Below, piece after piece: positions 54,659-64,000 of a DNA stretch of 64,000 nucleotides. Source of the stretch: Vulcanimicrobiota bacterium. GTDB lineage: Bacteria; Vulcanimicrobiota; Vulcanimicrobiia; Vulcanimicrobiales; Vulcanimicrobiaceae. The notes beneath the pieces are model-generated. The model did not search any database. It saw only the letters and a list, made by a program, of their open reading frames with translations, and had not been told where the DNA came from. The stretch spans positions 96,001 to 160,000 of the forward strand of contig CAWAXX010000014.1 in the NCBI GenBank assembly GCA_963786105.1, in the 5' to 3' direction. How positions within the stretch are numbered: position 1 is the stretch's first letter; each line of letters starts with the position of its first letter. The position numbers were made by a program, and so were the translations under genes.

Positions 54659-55489
54659 ATGAAGCGCGCGCTGATGTGTCCGCCCACCTACTACACGGTG
54701 CGCGACGTTAAGAACCCGTTCATGCGTCCCCAGAACGCCGTGAACGGGGCCCTCGCCATGCAGCAGTGGATCGGTTTGCGCGATGCCTTCACCCAGTTGG
54801 GCGTCGACGTGCAGGTCGTCGAACCTGTCGAAGACCTGGAGGACATGGTCTTTGCGGCCAATCAGGTTTTTGTTGGATCGGGTGCCGCGCACGAGCGCTT
54901 CATCGTTCCCAGCCGCATGCGCCACGAATCGCGTCAGCGCGAAGTGCCCTATTACGTCGCGTGGTTCGCCCGGCGCGGGTTCGATTCAATAGATCTCGGT
55001 CTGGACGCCAGCGCCGGTGAGTTTCTCGAAGGCCACGGCGACCTGATGTGGCGGCCGAACTCGAACCTCGTGCTGGCCGGTCACGGATTTCGTTCGTCCG
55101 AAGCCGGCGTTGCCCGGTTTGCGCAAGCGATGCAACCGGAGCGAATTCGGGTCGTGACGGTTCGGCTCGTCGATCCGACGTTTTATCATCTCGATACGTG
55201 CATGTCGCCGCTCAATGCCGAAGCGGCGCTGATCTATCCGGGCGCTTTCGCCGGCGAATCGCTGGACGCGTTGCATGGCGAGTGGAAGCGGCTGTACGAG
55301 GTGACGCGCGATGACGCGATGCAGTTTGTCTGCAACGGCGTCAGCGTCAACCGACACTTTATCACTTCGCATCCGTCGCCGGTACTCGAAAGAGCTCTCG
55401 CGGCGGAAGGCTTGGAGCCGGTTCTCGTCGACGTTTCGGAGTTCGAAAAAGCCGGTGGCAGCGTCTTTTGCATGAAGAATGCGCTGTAG
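54659..55489 (+). CDS. Amidinotransferase-fold hydrolase, ArgZ arginine-dihydrolase-domain-like
   Basis: LMCPP, NPFM, DMVFAAN, EGHGD, GFRS, FYHLDTC and EFEKAGGSVFC. Confidence 0.8.
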   Translation: MKRALMCPPTYYTVRDVKNPFMRPQNAVNGALAMQQWIGLRDAFTQLGVDVQVVEPVEDLEDMVFAANQVFVGSGAAHERFIVPSRMRHESRQREVPYYVAWFARRGFDSIDLGLDASAGEFLEGHGDLMWRPNSNLVLAGHGFRSSEAGVARFAQAMQPERIRVVTVRLVDPTFYHLDTCMSPLNAEAALIYPGAFAGESLDALHGEWKRLYEVTRDDAMQFVCNGVSVNRHFITSHPSPVLERALAAEGLEPVLVDVSEFEKAGGSVFCMKNAL

Positions 55490-55498
55490 GCGCGCCTG

Positions 55499-56266
55499 CT
55501 AAAATCGCAACGAAAGGCAGCTCAGCCCTCCGTCCATCTTCCGAAACTCCGAAACGTCGAGCGCCCTCGCCTCGAAGCCGGCGCTCGACAAGTCTCGTTG
55601 CAGCCGGAAGTGACCGTCCGCGATCAAGACCGCGTCGTTCACACGCACGCAGTTCGCGCCGTATTCCTCGCCGGGGGCGACGCGAACGATGCGGTCGTGC
55701 GATATGGCGATGACCGGGAGCAACGCGTCGACGACCACGAAGCGGTCGTCGCCGAGGTAGGCGAGGCCGCTCTTGAGGTGCAGTATGCCGGGCACGCGAC
55801 GAATGTCGACGAGCACCGGCGTCTTGCCGGCGCGGGCGAGCACGGTCGCGAGTTGCTCGGCGCCCGCGCGGTTGGTTCGATGCGAGACGCCGACGAAGAC
55901 GCGGTCGCCGGCTTCGCACACGTCGCCGCCGTCGAGCGTACCCGGTGCGACGATTTCCTCGAAGTCGGCGAAAAACGTCGCAAGCGGCTCGCGTATCGCT
56001 TCGCCTAAACGCGCTTTCGCTCCCGACCGAGCCAGAACCGCACGTTCGCCGATCAAGACGGCGGCGTCTTCGACGAAGTGCGCGTCGGGGTGCGCTGGGT
56101 CGGCCTCGAGCACGGTGACGACTGCTCCGGCGGTGCGCAGCGCTTCGCAATAGGCAGCGTGCTGTTCGCACGCTCGTTCGAAATTCGGCGCACCGAGCGA
56201 GGCCGTCGTCAGTCCGTCGCCGAGATGGCTCGACGGACGTCGAACGATCGCGTTGCGAGTTCGCAT
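55499..56266 (-). CDS. Dimethylarginine dimethylaminohydrolase (DDAH)-like
   Basis: PDAHFVED, LDGGDV, RTN, LHLKSG and EFRKMDGGLSCLS. Confidence 0.85.
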   Translation of the reverse strand: MRTRNAIVRRPSSHLGDGLTTASLGAPNFERACEQHAAYCEALRTAGAVVTVLEADPAHPDAHFVEDAAVLIGERAVLARSGAKARLGEAIREPLATFFADFEEIVAPGTLDGGDVCEAGDRVFVGVSHRTNRAGAEQLATVLARAGKTPVLVDIRRVPGILHLKSGLAYLGDDRFVVVDALLPVIAISHDRIVRVAPGEEYGANCVRVNDAVLIADGHFRLQRDLSSAGFEARALDVSEFRKMDGGLSCLSLRF

Positions 56267-56270
56267 CGCG

Positions 56271-57509
56271 TCAGGACTCGTGGCTTGCTGCCCAACGATG
56301 AGCAACCGTGCTCGCCAGGAGTGCGGGGACGACGCCTACGAGTGCCATGACCGCGAGCGCACGCCAGGCATACGGATAGCCGTGCACTTCTATCAGCGCG
56401 CCGAACAGCGTCGGCGACACGAAAGCGGCAAAGAAAACCCACGTCAAAGCCACGCCGAGCGCGCTTCCCGAATGTTCCTCGCCGCCGATTTCGGCGAACG
56501 CAATCACTCCGACGCCGAACCACCCTTCGGCCGTGAATCCAAGCGCCGCGGCCAGCGCCGCCACCACCCAGAACGGAGTTAGCGGGGTCATCGTCGAGAC
56601 GCCGAACACGATGACGGCGGTGGCGATGCAGGCGACCGCGAGCGGTAACGCGCGGCTTCCGCGAAAGACTTTATCGCTGGACCATCCCCACGACATCCGG
56701 CCCGCGATGGCGGCAATTTGCGAGAGCGTAAAAACACCGACGGCTAGCGGGATGGCGTAGCCCACTTCGTGCACGAGGGTGAGAGTCAGGAACGCGAGCA
56801 GGACCATCTGCGCGCTCACCAAGGCCATCGACGTGAGCGACATGAGGATCAGCCGGGCGTCGCGCGAGATCTGCAGCATCTCGGCGAACATCGAGGGCAG
56901 CGACACGCGCTCGCCCTGAAGTTCGACCGGCTCCCGATAGAGGATCGAGGCAACCGAACACGTGACGGCCGTCACGACGCCGGCGGTGGCGAGAGCCCAT
57001 TGATAGTTGAAATGGATCGCTACCGCAGGTAGAATCGCCGAACCGAGCACGCCGGCAAGCGGCACGCCGCATTGCCGCACGCCCATGGCAAATCCACGGT
57101 CCTCTTTCTTGAAGAAAAACACGATGGCGTGGCTGCCGGCGGGTGTGACCGAGGCGTAGCCGATGCCGTAGAGCGCGAGCCATAGTAAGACCCAGTGGAA
57201 GTTGTGAATCAAGGAAGCGCAAACGAGCGCGGCGCCCATGAACCACCCGCTCCACAAAAGCACGGTCTTGTCGCCGAAACGGTCGGTGAGCGCGCCTGCG
57301 ACGGCGGTCGCGAACATCGAACCTACCAGCTGGACCGAAAGAATGACTCCGAGCTGCGATTGCGGGAGCGCGAAGGCCGACTCCAAAAATGGCGTTATCG
57401 TACCCGTAGAAACGATGAATAGAGACGCCGCAACCATCGCGCCGGCGAAGAGCGCGAGCACTTCGTAGCGCGATTCTGGCATCGGGTTCGACGGTCGTAT
57501 CCGGCGCAT
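56271..57509 (-). CDS. MFS transporter
   Basis: About 12 TM segments; GALTDRFGDK, RGFAMG and WGWSSDK. Start may be 57482. Confidence 0.88.
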   Translation of the reverse strand: MRRIRPSNPMPESRYEVLALFAGAMVAASLFIVSTGTITPFLESAFALPQSQLGVILSVQLVGSMFATAVAGALTDRFGDKTVLLWSGWFMGAALVCASLIHNFHWVLLWLALYGIGYASVTPAGSHAIVFFFKKEDRGFAMGVRQCGVPLAGVLGSAILPAVAIHFNYQWALATAGVVTAVTCSVASILYREPVELQGERVSLPSMFAEMLQISRDARLILMSLTSMALVSAQMVLLAFLTLTLVHEVGYAIPLAVGVFTLSQIAAIAGRMSWGWSSDKVFRGSRALPLAVACIATAVIVFGVSTMTPLTPFWVVAALAAALGFTAEGWFGVGVIAFAEIGGEEHSGSALGVALTWVFFAAFVSPTLFGALIEVHGYPYAWRALAVMALVGVVPALLASTVAHRWAASHES

Positions 57510-57578
57510 GCCGCTGCTTTCGATTCATCGCGCGCGGACCCCGCGTGCGAGCGGAGGTTTCGTGCAAAGATCGCAAAA

Positions 57579-57884
57579 GTGAACGCGTGTGAACGAACTC
57601 GACCGGATCGCGGATCGTTGACTCCCCTGCAGCGATATCTCATCATTTTTGCGTTGACGGCGCCGTCGGCCGTCGTCGTCTGGTCGATCTTTCATGGCGT
57701 GTTTACCACCCTGACGCGGACCGAAGCAGCGATGGGCTACGTCGATCCGCTGACGCAGATGGGTATATATCTCGGGTACGTTGCGATGTTCGGCGGGACG
57801 ATGGTGTTCGCGGGAATCGCAACGTGGGCCGCCGTGCGGGCGGCCGCTATTTGGCTGAACCAGCGCCGGGAGAAAAGGGGGTAA
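57579..57884 (+). CDS. Small hypothetical membrane protein
   Basis: Two TM segments; start uncertain. Confidence 0.55.
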   Translation: MNACERTRPDRGSLTPLQRYLIIFALTAPSAVVVWSIFHGVFTTLTRTEAAMGYVDPLTQMGIYLGYVAMFGGTMVFAGIATWAAVRAAAIWLNQRREKRG

Positions 57885-57895
57885 ATCGAAAAACC

Positions 57896-58738
57896 GTGCG
57901 GGCTTTGCTGGTCGTCAACCGCCGCTCGCGTCGCGGGCGCGAGATCGGTGAGCGGGCAGCCGCCGAACTCGCGGCGCGAGGCGTCGAGGTGATACGATTT
58001 TCTCCGCGCGTTCGGTCGAGCCCGACGCCCGCATGCGATTGCATCGTGGCCGTGGGCGGAGACGGCACGCTGGTTGGACTGATCGGCCGGGCAATTCGCG
58101 CCGGCGTGCCGGTCGGCGTGGTCCCGGGCGGCACGTTTAACGAACTGGCGCGGACGCTGTCGATTCCGCTCGACGTCGGGGCCGCCTGCGACGTCGTCGC
58201 CGCCGGACGAACGCGTGAGATCGACGTCGGTCTCGTCAACGGCGTTCATTTTATCAACGAAGCTAGTATCGGCATTTCCAGTAGGGCGGCCCGCATGCAG
58301 ACCGGCGAACTGAAGCGCCGCTACGGATTGCTCGGGGTGGCCGCGACCGCTTACCAGGCGCTGTGGTACGCGCGTCCGATGTTTGCCGAAGTCTCGTACG
58401 GCGACGTCGTGGTGACGTTCAAGACGATCCAGGTCACGATCGCCAATAGCCATCGGTTCGGCGGTCTGTTCGAGGTGGCCGATGCCGCGATCGACGACGG
58501 CTGGCTCGATCTCTATTCCGTCGAGATCGAAACGTTTTGGCAAGCGTTCCGCGTCACGCGGGCGATCCTTCAAGGTAAACGTGAATCGGTCCCGGGCCTG
58601 CGTTCGCTTCGCGCCGCTCGGTTTCGGATTCACCAGCATCGCCGCCACCACATCACGGCCGACGGCGAGCCGGCCGGCACAACGCCGGCAACGTTCGAGG
58701 TCTTGCCGAAGGCCCTGCGCGTTCTCGTGCCGGAATAG
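57896..58738 (+). CDS. YegS/DAGK family lipid kinase
   Basis: VGGDGT, PGGTFNELAR, NEASIG, DDGWLD and ADGE. Confidence 0.9.
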   Translation: MRALLVVNRRSRRGREIGERAAAELAARGVEVIRFSPRVRSSPTPACDCIVAVGGDGTLVGLIGRAIRAGVPVGVVPGGTFNELARTLSIPLDVGAACDVVAAGRTREIDVGLVNGVHFINEASIGISSRAARMQTGELKRRYGLLGVAATAYQALWYARPMFAEVSYGDVVVTFKTIQVTIANSHRFGGLFEVADAAIDDGWLDLYSVEIETFWQAFRVTRAILQGKRESVPGLRSLRAARFRIHQHRRHHITADGEPAGTTPATFEVLPKALRVLVPE

Positions 58739-58743
58739 ATGGA

Positions 58744-59718
58744 ATGCGCTACCGAACGCTCGGACATTCCGGCCTACGCCTCTCGGTCATCGGTTTAGGT
58801 TCCTGGTTGACGTTCGGCAGTACGGTCGAACGCGACGTGACGCGCGCCTGCGTTTTGCGAGCCTGGGAGCGGGGCGTGAACTTTTTCGACACCGCGAACG
58901 TGTACGCGCGCGGCGCTGCTGAGGAGACGCTCGGACCGATTCTCAAAGAACTCGATCGTGACGCGCTCGTGCTGGCCACCAAAGTGTATTTTCCGACCGG
59001 AGAAGCGGTTACCCATCGCGGCCTTTCGCGCAAGCACATTCGCGATCAGGTGGAGCGGTCGCTAGCCCGCCTCCAGGTCGACTACATCGACCTTTATCAA
59101 TGTCATCGGTACGACACCACGACGCCGCTCGAAGAGACGTGCGCGATGATGAACGACTTGGTGCGCGCGGGAAAAATTCTGTATTGGGGCGTTTCGGAAT
59201 GGAACGCCGATCAGATCGCCGCCGCCGCAACGCTCTGCACGGCACGCGGCTGGACGGCGCCGGTCGGCAATCAGCCGCAATACAACGCGCTCTGGCGGCG
59301 CATCGAGGAGCGCGTGTTACCGGCCTGCCGCCACTACGGTCTTGGTAACGTCGTGTGGTCGCCGCTCGCGATGGGAATTCTCACCGGCAAATATACCGAC
59401 GCGCGCCGTCCTCCAGCCGGAACGCGGGCGGCCGGTCAGGCGAAAGACATGATGGAGGACTACTTCAACCAAGCGGTGCTCGACGCGGTGCAACGGCTGG
59501 TGCCGCTCGCGCGGCAGGTTGGATGCACGCTCTCGCAGCTCGCGCTCGCGTGGTGCCTGCGTGACGACGTAATCACCAGCGCGATCGTCGGGGCGACGAA
59601 AGTCGAGCACCTCGACGACAATCTCGGCGCCGCCGACCTCGACGTCGATCCGTCGGTTTTCGAGGAGATGAACGCGATTCTGAAGCCGGTTACGCCGCAC
59701 GAACCGTACCTCGCGTGA
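58744..59718 (+). CDS. Aldo/keto reductase (Kv-beta/Tas-like)
   Basis: GLGSW, FDTANVY, LATK, DLYQCHR, GVSEW and WSPLAMG. Confidence 0.93.
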   Translation: MRYRTLGHSGLRLSVIGLGSWLTFGSTVERDVTRACVLRAWERGVNFFDTANVYARGAAEETLGPILKELDRDALVLATKVYFPTGEAVTHRGLSRKHIRDQVERSLARLQVDYIDLYQCHRYDTTTPLEETCAMMNDLVRAGKILYWGVSEWNADQIAAAATLCTARGWTAPVGNQPQYNALWRRIEERVLPACRHYGLGNVVWSPLAMGILTGKYTDARRPPAGTRAAGQAKDMMEDYFNQAVLDAVQRLVPLARQVGCTLSQLALAWCLRDDVITSAIVGATKVEHLDDNLGAADLDVDPSVFEEMNAILKPVTPHEPYLA

Positions 59719-59732
59719 CGCGATCTCCACGG

Positions 59733-62003
59733 CTACGTGCCTTCGTCGGCTCCTGCGTGGAAAACGTACTTGACGATCAATCGGTTCAACGTCGTGTTCG
59801 CCGCCGGCGATCCGAAGTTGACGTACAGTTCGTTACCGCCGCGGAATCGATCGTGAAAGGCGACTGCGAAGTTCGAGCCGGGTTGCGTCGCAAATCCGCC
59901 TAGCCCGTTGATCGATCGATATCCGATCGTAATGGAACTCTCGGCGGTGAGATTGTAGCCGATCGAAATCCGTCGCAGCCATTGAGAATCGAGCGGTAGG
60001 TCGCCGACGAGCGGGCGTTCGTACGTGCCGTCGTACTCGAGGCCGAGCGTCATCCGCCGGCCGAGCGGCCGGCTCGTGGTGATATCGAACAGGTGGATGT
60101 AGTCGCTCCCAAACGGACCCCACGAGTAGGTTACGTCGAACGGCGTGGGCGTGCCGTCGCGATAGCCTACCGGGATCGAGCTGAGATTGAAGGCCTGCGT
60201 CGTCCCTCCCAGATAGCACGGGTAGCCGGTGAACGACGATTGCGAAACGATCGGGCCGCTGCAGCCGGGGCCGGCCGGAATATCGTAGCTTCGTAGCTGG
60301 CCGATTGCCGCGCCGACGCCGTTGAGCGAGAACCCGTTTTTGAACGTCGCGTTAAAAAAGACTTGCGTATCGGCTTGATGGACGGCGCCGGACTCATCGA
60401 CGAACCGGTCGCCGCCCACAAACAACCCGTAGTTCTTAACGCCAGGCGTCGAACCGACGAAATTGACGAAACCCTGCAATCCTCGAATATCGGAGTTGAC
60501 GGTGAAGCCGTCGATCGGATTGTAGTTTGGGGAAACGTCGAAGTAGCCGGCATTGATCTCGAAGTTGGGCTTGTGCACGTCGACGAACAGGTCGGTCAGA
60601 TCGGCATGGCCTTGCGGCACCCAGTTGCCGTACTCGAACGAGTGATCGACGAACCACACTAGGCCGCTGCGGAGGTTGCGGCCCTCCATTCCGGCTTCGA
60701 TCGTCGAATCGTTTCCCGCAATGCTATGATGCGCGAGCACGCCGTCGCTCCAGTAGAGAAACGTTCCGTCCTGCAGTGCGTGTTCGTATCCGTAGGCTTG
60801 GTCGTCGAACGTGTTTCCCGTCGTCTGGTCGAAGCCGCGAAAGGAAAGCACGCCAAGACTCTGATTGCCGAACGTGCCTTCCACCTTTGCGCCGCGATCG
60901 AACGGACCGACCTCGGGCGAGTAGAAGACGAAATTGGGAACGGTCGATATCGCCGAGGTCGGCGATCGCGGGCCCGAGTTTGCGTTGATGAAACTGGCTC
61001 CCTGAGCGAAGAACGGCCGGTACTCGACGAGTTGCCGCTGGAATTCTTGCGGCGCGATCGTCTGTTGATCGATTTCGACGTTCGAGAAATCCGGTGCAAT
61101 CGTGCCGACGAAGCTCATGGTCGGCGTCAGCGGATAGCTGAGATCGATCCCGACCGGACGCACCTTCATCGGCAAAAACTCGCCGTTGGCCTGTTGAAAG
61201 AGGTTGCGGTCTTCTCCGATGCTGGCGAGTCCGAAAATATCGGCACGTCCCCGCGGTCGCGTTCGCCCCGTGGAACTCGTCGTGACACCGGTTGCGGACG
61301 CCCACCAGCGCGTGTCGGCAAACGTCGGCCACGTGCCGGCCGGTGCATCTTGCATGAGGCCGTCGTACGACCAAACGTAGTGCTCGGCGTTGCCCGACAA
61401 CGCCCGAACGAACTGGACGCGCCAGGTTTGCGACGAGCCGCTGCGGATCTTCAGGACGTCGAGCGGGACGATCATGACGGCGCTCCAGCCGTCGGGACCG
61501 GTGGCGGCCGCCGCTTGCCAGCGCGGCCGGTATCGCGTGTTCTCTGCCGCTTGCTGATAGCGGACGCCATGCGGCGTGGTTTCGAAATAGTATGCCTGAG
61601 AGCCGGCGCCGCTGGTGTCGAGGCCGATGCCGACGAAATCGTCCACGCCGAAGCCGACATCGTTGGTCCCTTGCGTCGCCACAATCGTGCGCGGGTTCTG
61701 CGCGGCTTTGAAGCCCACGTAAAGAAAGCGGTCGTCGTATAGCAAGTAAGCAGTCGTCTGGTTGGTGGCTGGGCTACGGGTCGTCACGTTTTCCCAAGAG
61801 CCATTGTTCGGTACCTGGCCGGCAGCCCAGCCGGGATCGCTGAGGCTGGGGTCGAGCGGAAGCGGATGGGCGGCGCGCGCGACCGGAAACGAAAACTTCT
61901 GGTTCGCTGCGGCGTATAGGGGAGTAGGAAGTGACGACACCCCAAGGATGAGCCCTATGACGAGACCGGTCGCCTTGCGCACGCCTACAGCGTCACTCGG
62001 CAA
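59733..62003 (-). CDS. CBM9/DUF5916-like secreted protein with probable C-terminal beta-barrel
   Basis: Signal peptide; TTAYLLYDDRFLYVGF; PDFSNVEID; EYRPFF; amphipathic C-terminal strands. Start uncertain. Confidence 0.65.
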   Translation of the reverse strand: MPSDAVGVRKATGLVIGLILGVSSLPTPLYAAANQKFSFPVARAAHPLPLDPSLSDPGWAAGQVPNNGSWENVTTRSPATNQTTAYLLYDDRFLYVGFKAAQNPRTIVATQGTNDVGFGVDDFVGIGLDTSGAGSQAYYFETTPHGVRYQQAAENTRYRPRWQAAAATGPDGWSAVMIVPLDVLKIRSGSSQTWRVQFVRALSGNAEHYVWSYDGLMQDAPAGTWPTFADTRWWASATGVTTSSTGRTRPRGRADIFGLASIGEDRNLFQQANGEFLPMKVRPVGIDLSYPLTPTMSFVGTIAPDFSNVEIDQQTIAPQEFQRQLVEYRPFFAQGASFINANSGPRSPTSAISTVPNFVFYSPEVGPFDRGAKVEGTFGNQSLGVLSFRGFDQTTGNTFDDQAYGYEHALQDGTFLYWSDGVLAHHSIAGNDSTIEAGMEGRNLRSGLVWFVDHSFEYGNWVPQGHADLTDLFVDVHKPNFEINAGYFDVSPNYNPIDGFTVNSDIRGLQGFVNFVGSTPGVKNYGLFVGGDRFVDESGAVHQADTQVFFNATFKNGFSLNGVGAAIGQLRSYDIPAGPGCSGPIVSQSSFTGYPCYLGGTTQAFNLSSIPVGYRDGTPTPFDVTYSWGPFGSDYIHLFDITTSRPLGRRMTLGLEYDGTYERPLVGDLPLDSQWLRRISIGYNLTAESSITIGYRSINGLGGFATQPGSNFAVAFHDRFRGGNELYVNFGSPAANTTLNRLIVKYVFHAGADEGT

Positions 62004-62057
62004 ACCGGGAAGCGTCCTCAGAAAGCCATCAAAGATTTTTGCACGAGGAGCCGCGTC

Positions 62058-63485
62058 GTGAGCCTATACGAATTCGGACCCCTTCATCTCGATGCCGAAC
62101 GCCTGCTGTTGCTCGATGGCGGCGTACCAGTTGCGCTCGGGCCGAAGGTCGTCGAAACCCTCTTGGCGCTGATCGAACATCCCGGCGACGTGCTTACCAA
62201 AAGTGCGTTGCTCGATCGAATTTGGCCCGAAGGCTACGTCGATGAAGCGAACCTCGCGCAAAACGTTTACGTGTTGCGCAAGACGCTGCGCGCGCGCTGG
62301 GACGTCGATGCAATTGAGACGATCCCGCGCCGCGGCTACCGCTTCACGGCGGAAGTACGGCGGCGCAATGGAGCGGCGCTGGCCGAACCGGCGATCGCAC
62401 CGGCGGCGATAACGCCGCGCCGGCAGCGTTTTTGGCAGATCGCCGTGGTCGCCGTGCTCGCTTTGGTTCTGAGCGGCGGGATGGGATTGAGACTGCTGTC
62501 GGCGCGAGCCGACGCGAACCGTCCGCTGTCGGTCGAAGGCGCGCGACTCTACCAGATCGGCCGCTACTATTGGAACTTGCGCACCCCTGACGGCATCGCG
62601 AAAAGCCTGGCGTATTTCTCACGGGTCGTCGATACCGATCCGCTCGACGCCCGCGGCTACGGCGCGCTCGCGTCGGCCAACGCAATCATGGGCGACTATC
62701 AGTATGGACCGCTACGCCCGAGCGTCTACGTCGCTCGCGCACGTGCTTACGCGCGCAAAGCGCTGGCAATCGATCCAAAGTACGGCGAGGCTTACGCGGT
62801 CTTGGGGATGTTGTCTACCGAAAAAGGTTCCATGTCGGACGGACAGATGTCGCTCGGTTTGAGCGACTTGCAGCGCGCGATCGCGCTCGATCCGGGCAGC
62901 GGCCCGGCACACGAATGGTACGGAATTGCGTTGTTCGAGGGCGGCCGTTTCGACGAGGCCTATTCCGAGCTGCGGCAAGCTGCCGCACTCGATCCGCTGT
63001 CGGTGGCGACGACCGCGTGGCTGGGCAATGCCGCCCGGCTCGAACGCCGATACGACGACGCCATCAACTACGCACGCGAAACGCTCGATCTCTCACCCAA
63101 GCGCGTCGAAGTGTACGAAACGCTGGGCCTCGCATACGAAGCCCGCGGCGATCTGCCTCGCGCCATCGAGGCGTACGCGCACTTGGCGGTCGCAAACGTT
63201 GAGTACCGGGCCGAGGCAGCCGCGCTGCTGGCGGAAGCGTACGCTAAATCGAACCGCATGTCCGAAGCACGCAAGCAGATGGCGTATGCCCGCGCTCATG
63301 CCAAGGACGTCGATCCGGGCGATCTCGCCATCGCGATGGCAGCGGTGGGACAACGAGGTCTCGCGCTCTCGTGGCTGCGCCGCATGCACGGTAAACCATA
63401 CGTGCGCGCCGAGATCGCGAGCGATCCCCGCTTCAACGCCCTGCGCAACGACGCGCAGATCGCCCAGATGCAGAAACCGGCGTAA
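62058..63485 (+). CDS. CadC-like winged-helix regulator with TM segment and TPR domain
   Basis: YEFGPLHLD, LAQNVYVLRKTL and IETIPRRGYRF, then a TM helix and TPR repeats. Confidence 0.88.
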   Translation: MSLYEFGPLHLDAERLLLLDGGVPVALGPKVVETLLALIEHPGDVLTKSALLDRIWPEGYVDEANLAQNVYVLRKTLRARWDVDAIETIPRRGYRFTAEVRRRNGAALAEPAIAPAAITPRRQRFWQIAVVAVLALVLSGGMGLRLLSARADANRPLSVEGARLYQIGRYYWNLRTPDGIAKSLAYFSRVVDTDPLDARGYGALASANAIMGDYQYGPLRPSVYVARARAYARKALAIDPKYGEAYAVLGMLSTEKGSMSDGQMSLGLSDLQRAIALDPGSGPAHEWYGIALFEGGRFDEAYSELRQAAALDPLSVATTAWLGNAARLERRYDDAINYARETLDLSPKRVEVYETLGLAYEARGDLPRAIEAYAHLAVANVEYRAEAAALLAEAYAKSNRMSEARKQMAYARAHAKDVDPGDLAIAMAAVGQRGLALSWLRRMHGKPYVRAEIASDPRFNALRNDAQIAQMQKPA

Positions 63486-63498
63486 GCGCTTCCTTCCG

Positions 63499-63939
63499 AT
63501 GTCCGGCTTCTGGAAATCGCTGAACGAGCGACCGCAACTGGCGCGCACGCTGGCCCGTCACTTAGCGGCGCTCGAGGACGGCTCGGTGCCGCGGCGCACG
63601 CAAGAGTTGTGCGCCCTCATGGTAGCCTGGCTCAATGCCTGTGAGAACTGTACGCAAACGCATTCCGAGATGGCGCTTGCGCTGGGAGTCGATCGTGGCA
63701 CCCTCGACGAGCTCGGAGATTTCGCCCGCAGCGAGCGTTTTTCGCCGAGCGAGCGGGCGGCGCTCGCGGCGACGGTGGCGTTGACGCGCGAGCCGCGAGC
63801 CTTGCCGCAAGGCCTGCGCGATCAGCTCGAGCTTCACTACGATTCGGGTGAAATTGTGGAAATCGTTGCGGCGATCGGACTGCACAACTATCTCACGCGC
63901 GCGAATAACGCGCTACGCGCGCCGGCGCCGATCGCTTAG
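63499..63939 (+). CDS. Carboxymuconolactone decarboxylase / AhpD family protein
   Basis: ELCALMVAWLNACENCTQTH, FSPSERAAL and EIVEI. Confidence 0.85.
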   Translation: MSGFWKSLNERPQLARTLARHLAALEDGSVPRRTQELCALMVAWLNACENCTQTHSEMALALGVDRGTLDELGDFARSERFSPSERAALAATVALTREPRALPQGLRDQLELHYDSGEIVEIVAAIGLHNYLTRANNALRAPAPIA

Positions 63940-64000
63940 CGTCGACGCTCGCGCTACGTCGTACCGGTAGCGCGCGCGACGACGCGCTCGACCTTTACCA

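Noticed and set aside
63940..64000. Hairpin or 3' end of a minus-strand gene at the window edge
   Set aside because: Too little sequence to tell a terminator from a truncated CDS.

Overview
High-GC, gene-dense bacterial chromosomal segment. The taxon is inferred, not proven: Firmicutes-like gene order (rpiB-glyA-dCMP deaminase-tagO/wecA-wecB-atp-murA-mreB; rarA-iscS...alaS; rsbV-rsbW-sigB), two ATP synthase b subunits and an LptA-like protein suggest a diderm Terrabacteria lineage, most plausibly Eremiobacterota/Vulcanimicrobiota. 1-7.8 kb holds trmL, a putative peptidoglycan-peptide/D-Glu recycling operon, an orphan HExxH protein and a 6S RNA not shown by the ORF track. The 3' arm of that 6S RNA is duplicated on either side of a SIS sugar-isomerase gene. 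7.8-33.4 kb is housekeeping, including a full atp operon and a SigB module whose RsbW lacks the N-box Asn. Nine single-base (+1) frameshifts between 17.6 and 28.7 kb look like consensus artefacts. 33.5-42 kb holds TM2/YyaL genes, an NHEJ cluster (split ligD plus ku), an MFS transporter, a protease and tRNA-Leu(CAG). 42-64 kb is accessory: phosphatases, ECF42, ArsR/SRPBCC with a visible operator, an AAC(6')-like GNAT, two amidinotransferase-fold enzymes and a CadC-like regulator facing a CBM9-like outer-membrane protein. No CRISPR array, transposase or integrase was seen. All family calls come from motif recognition by eye; no searches were run.
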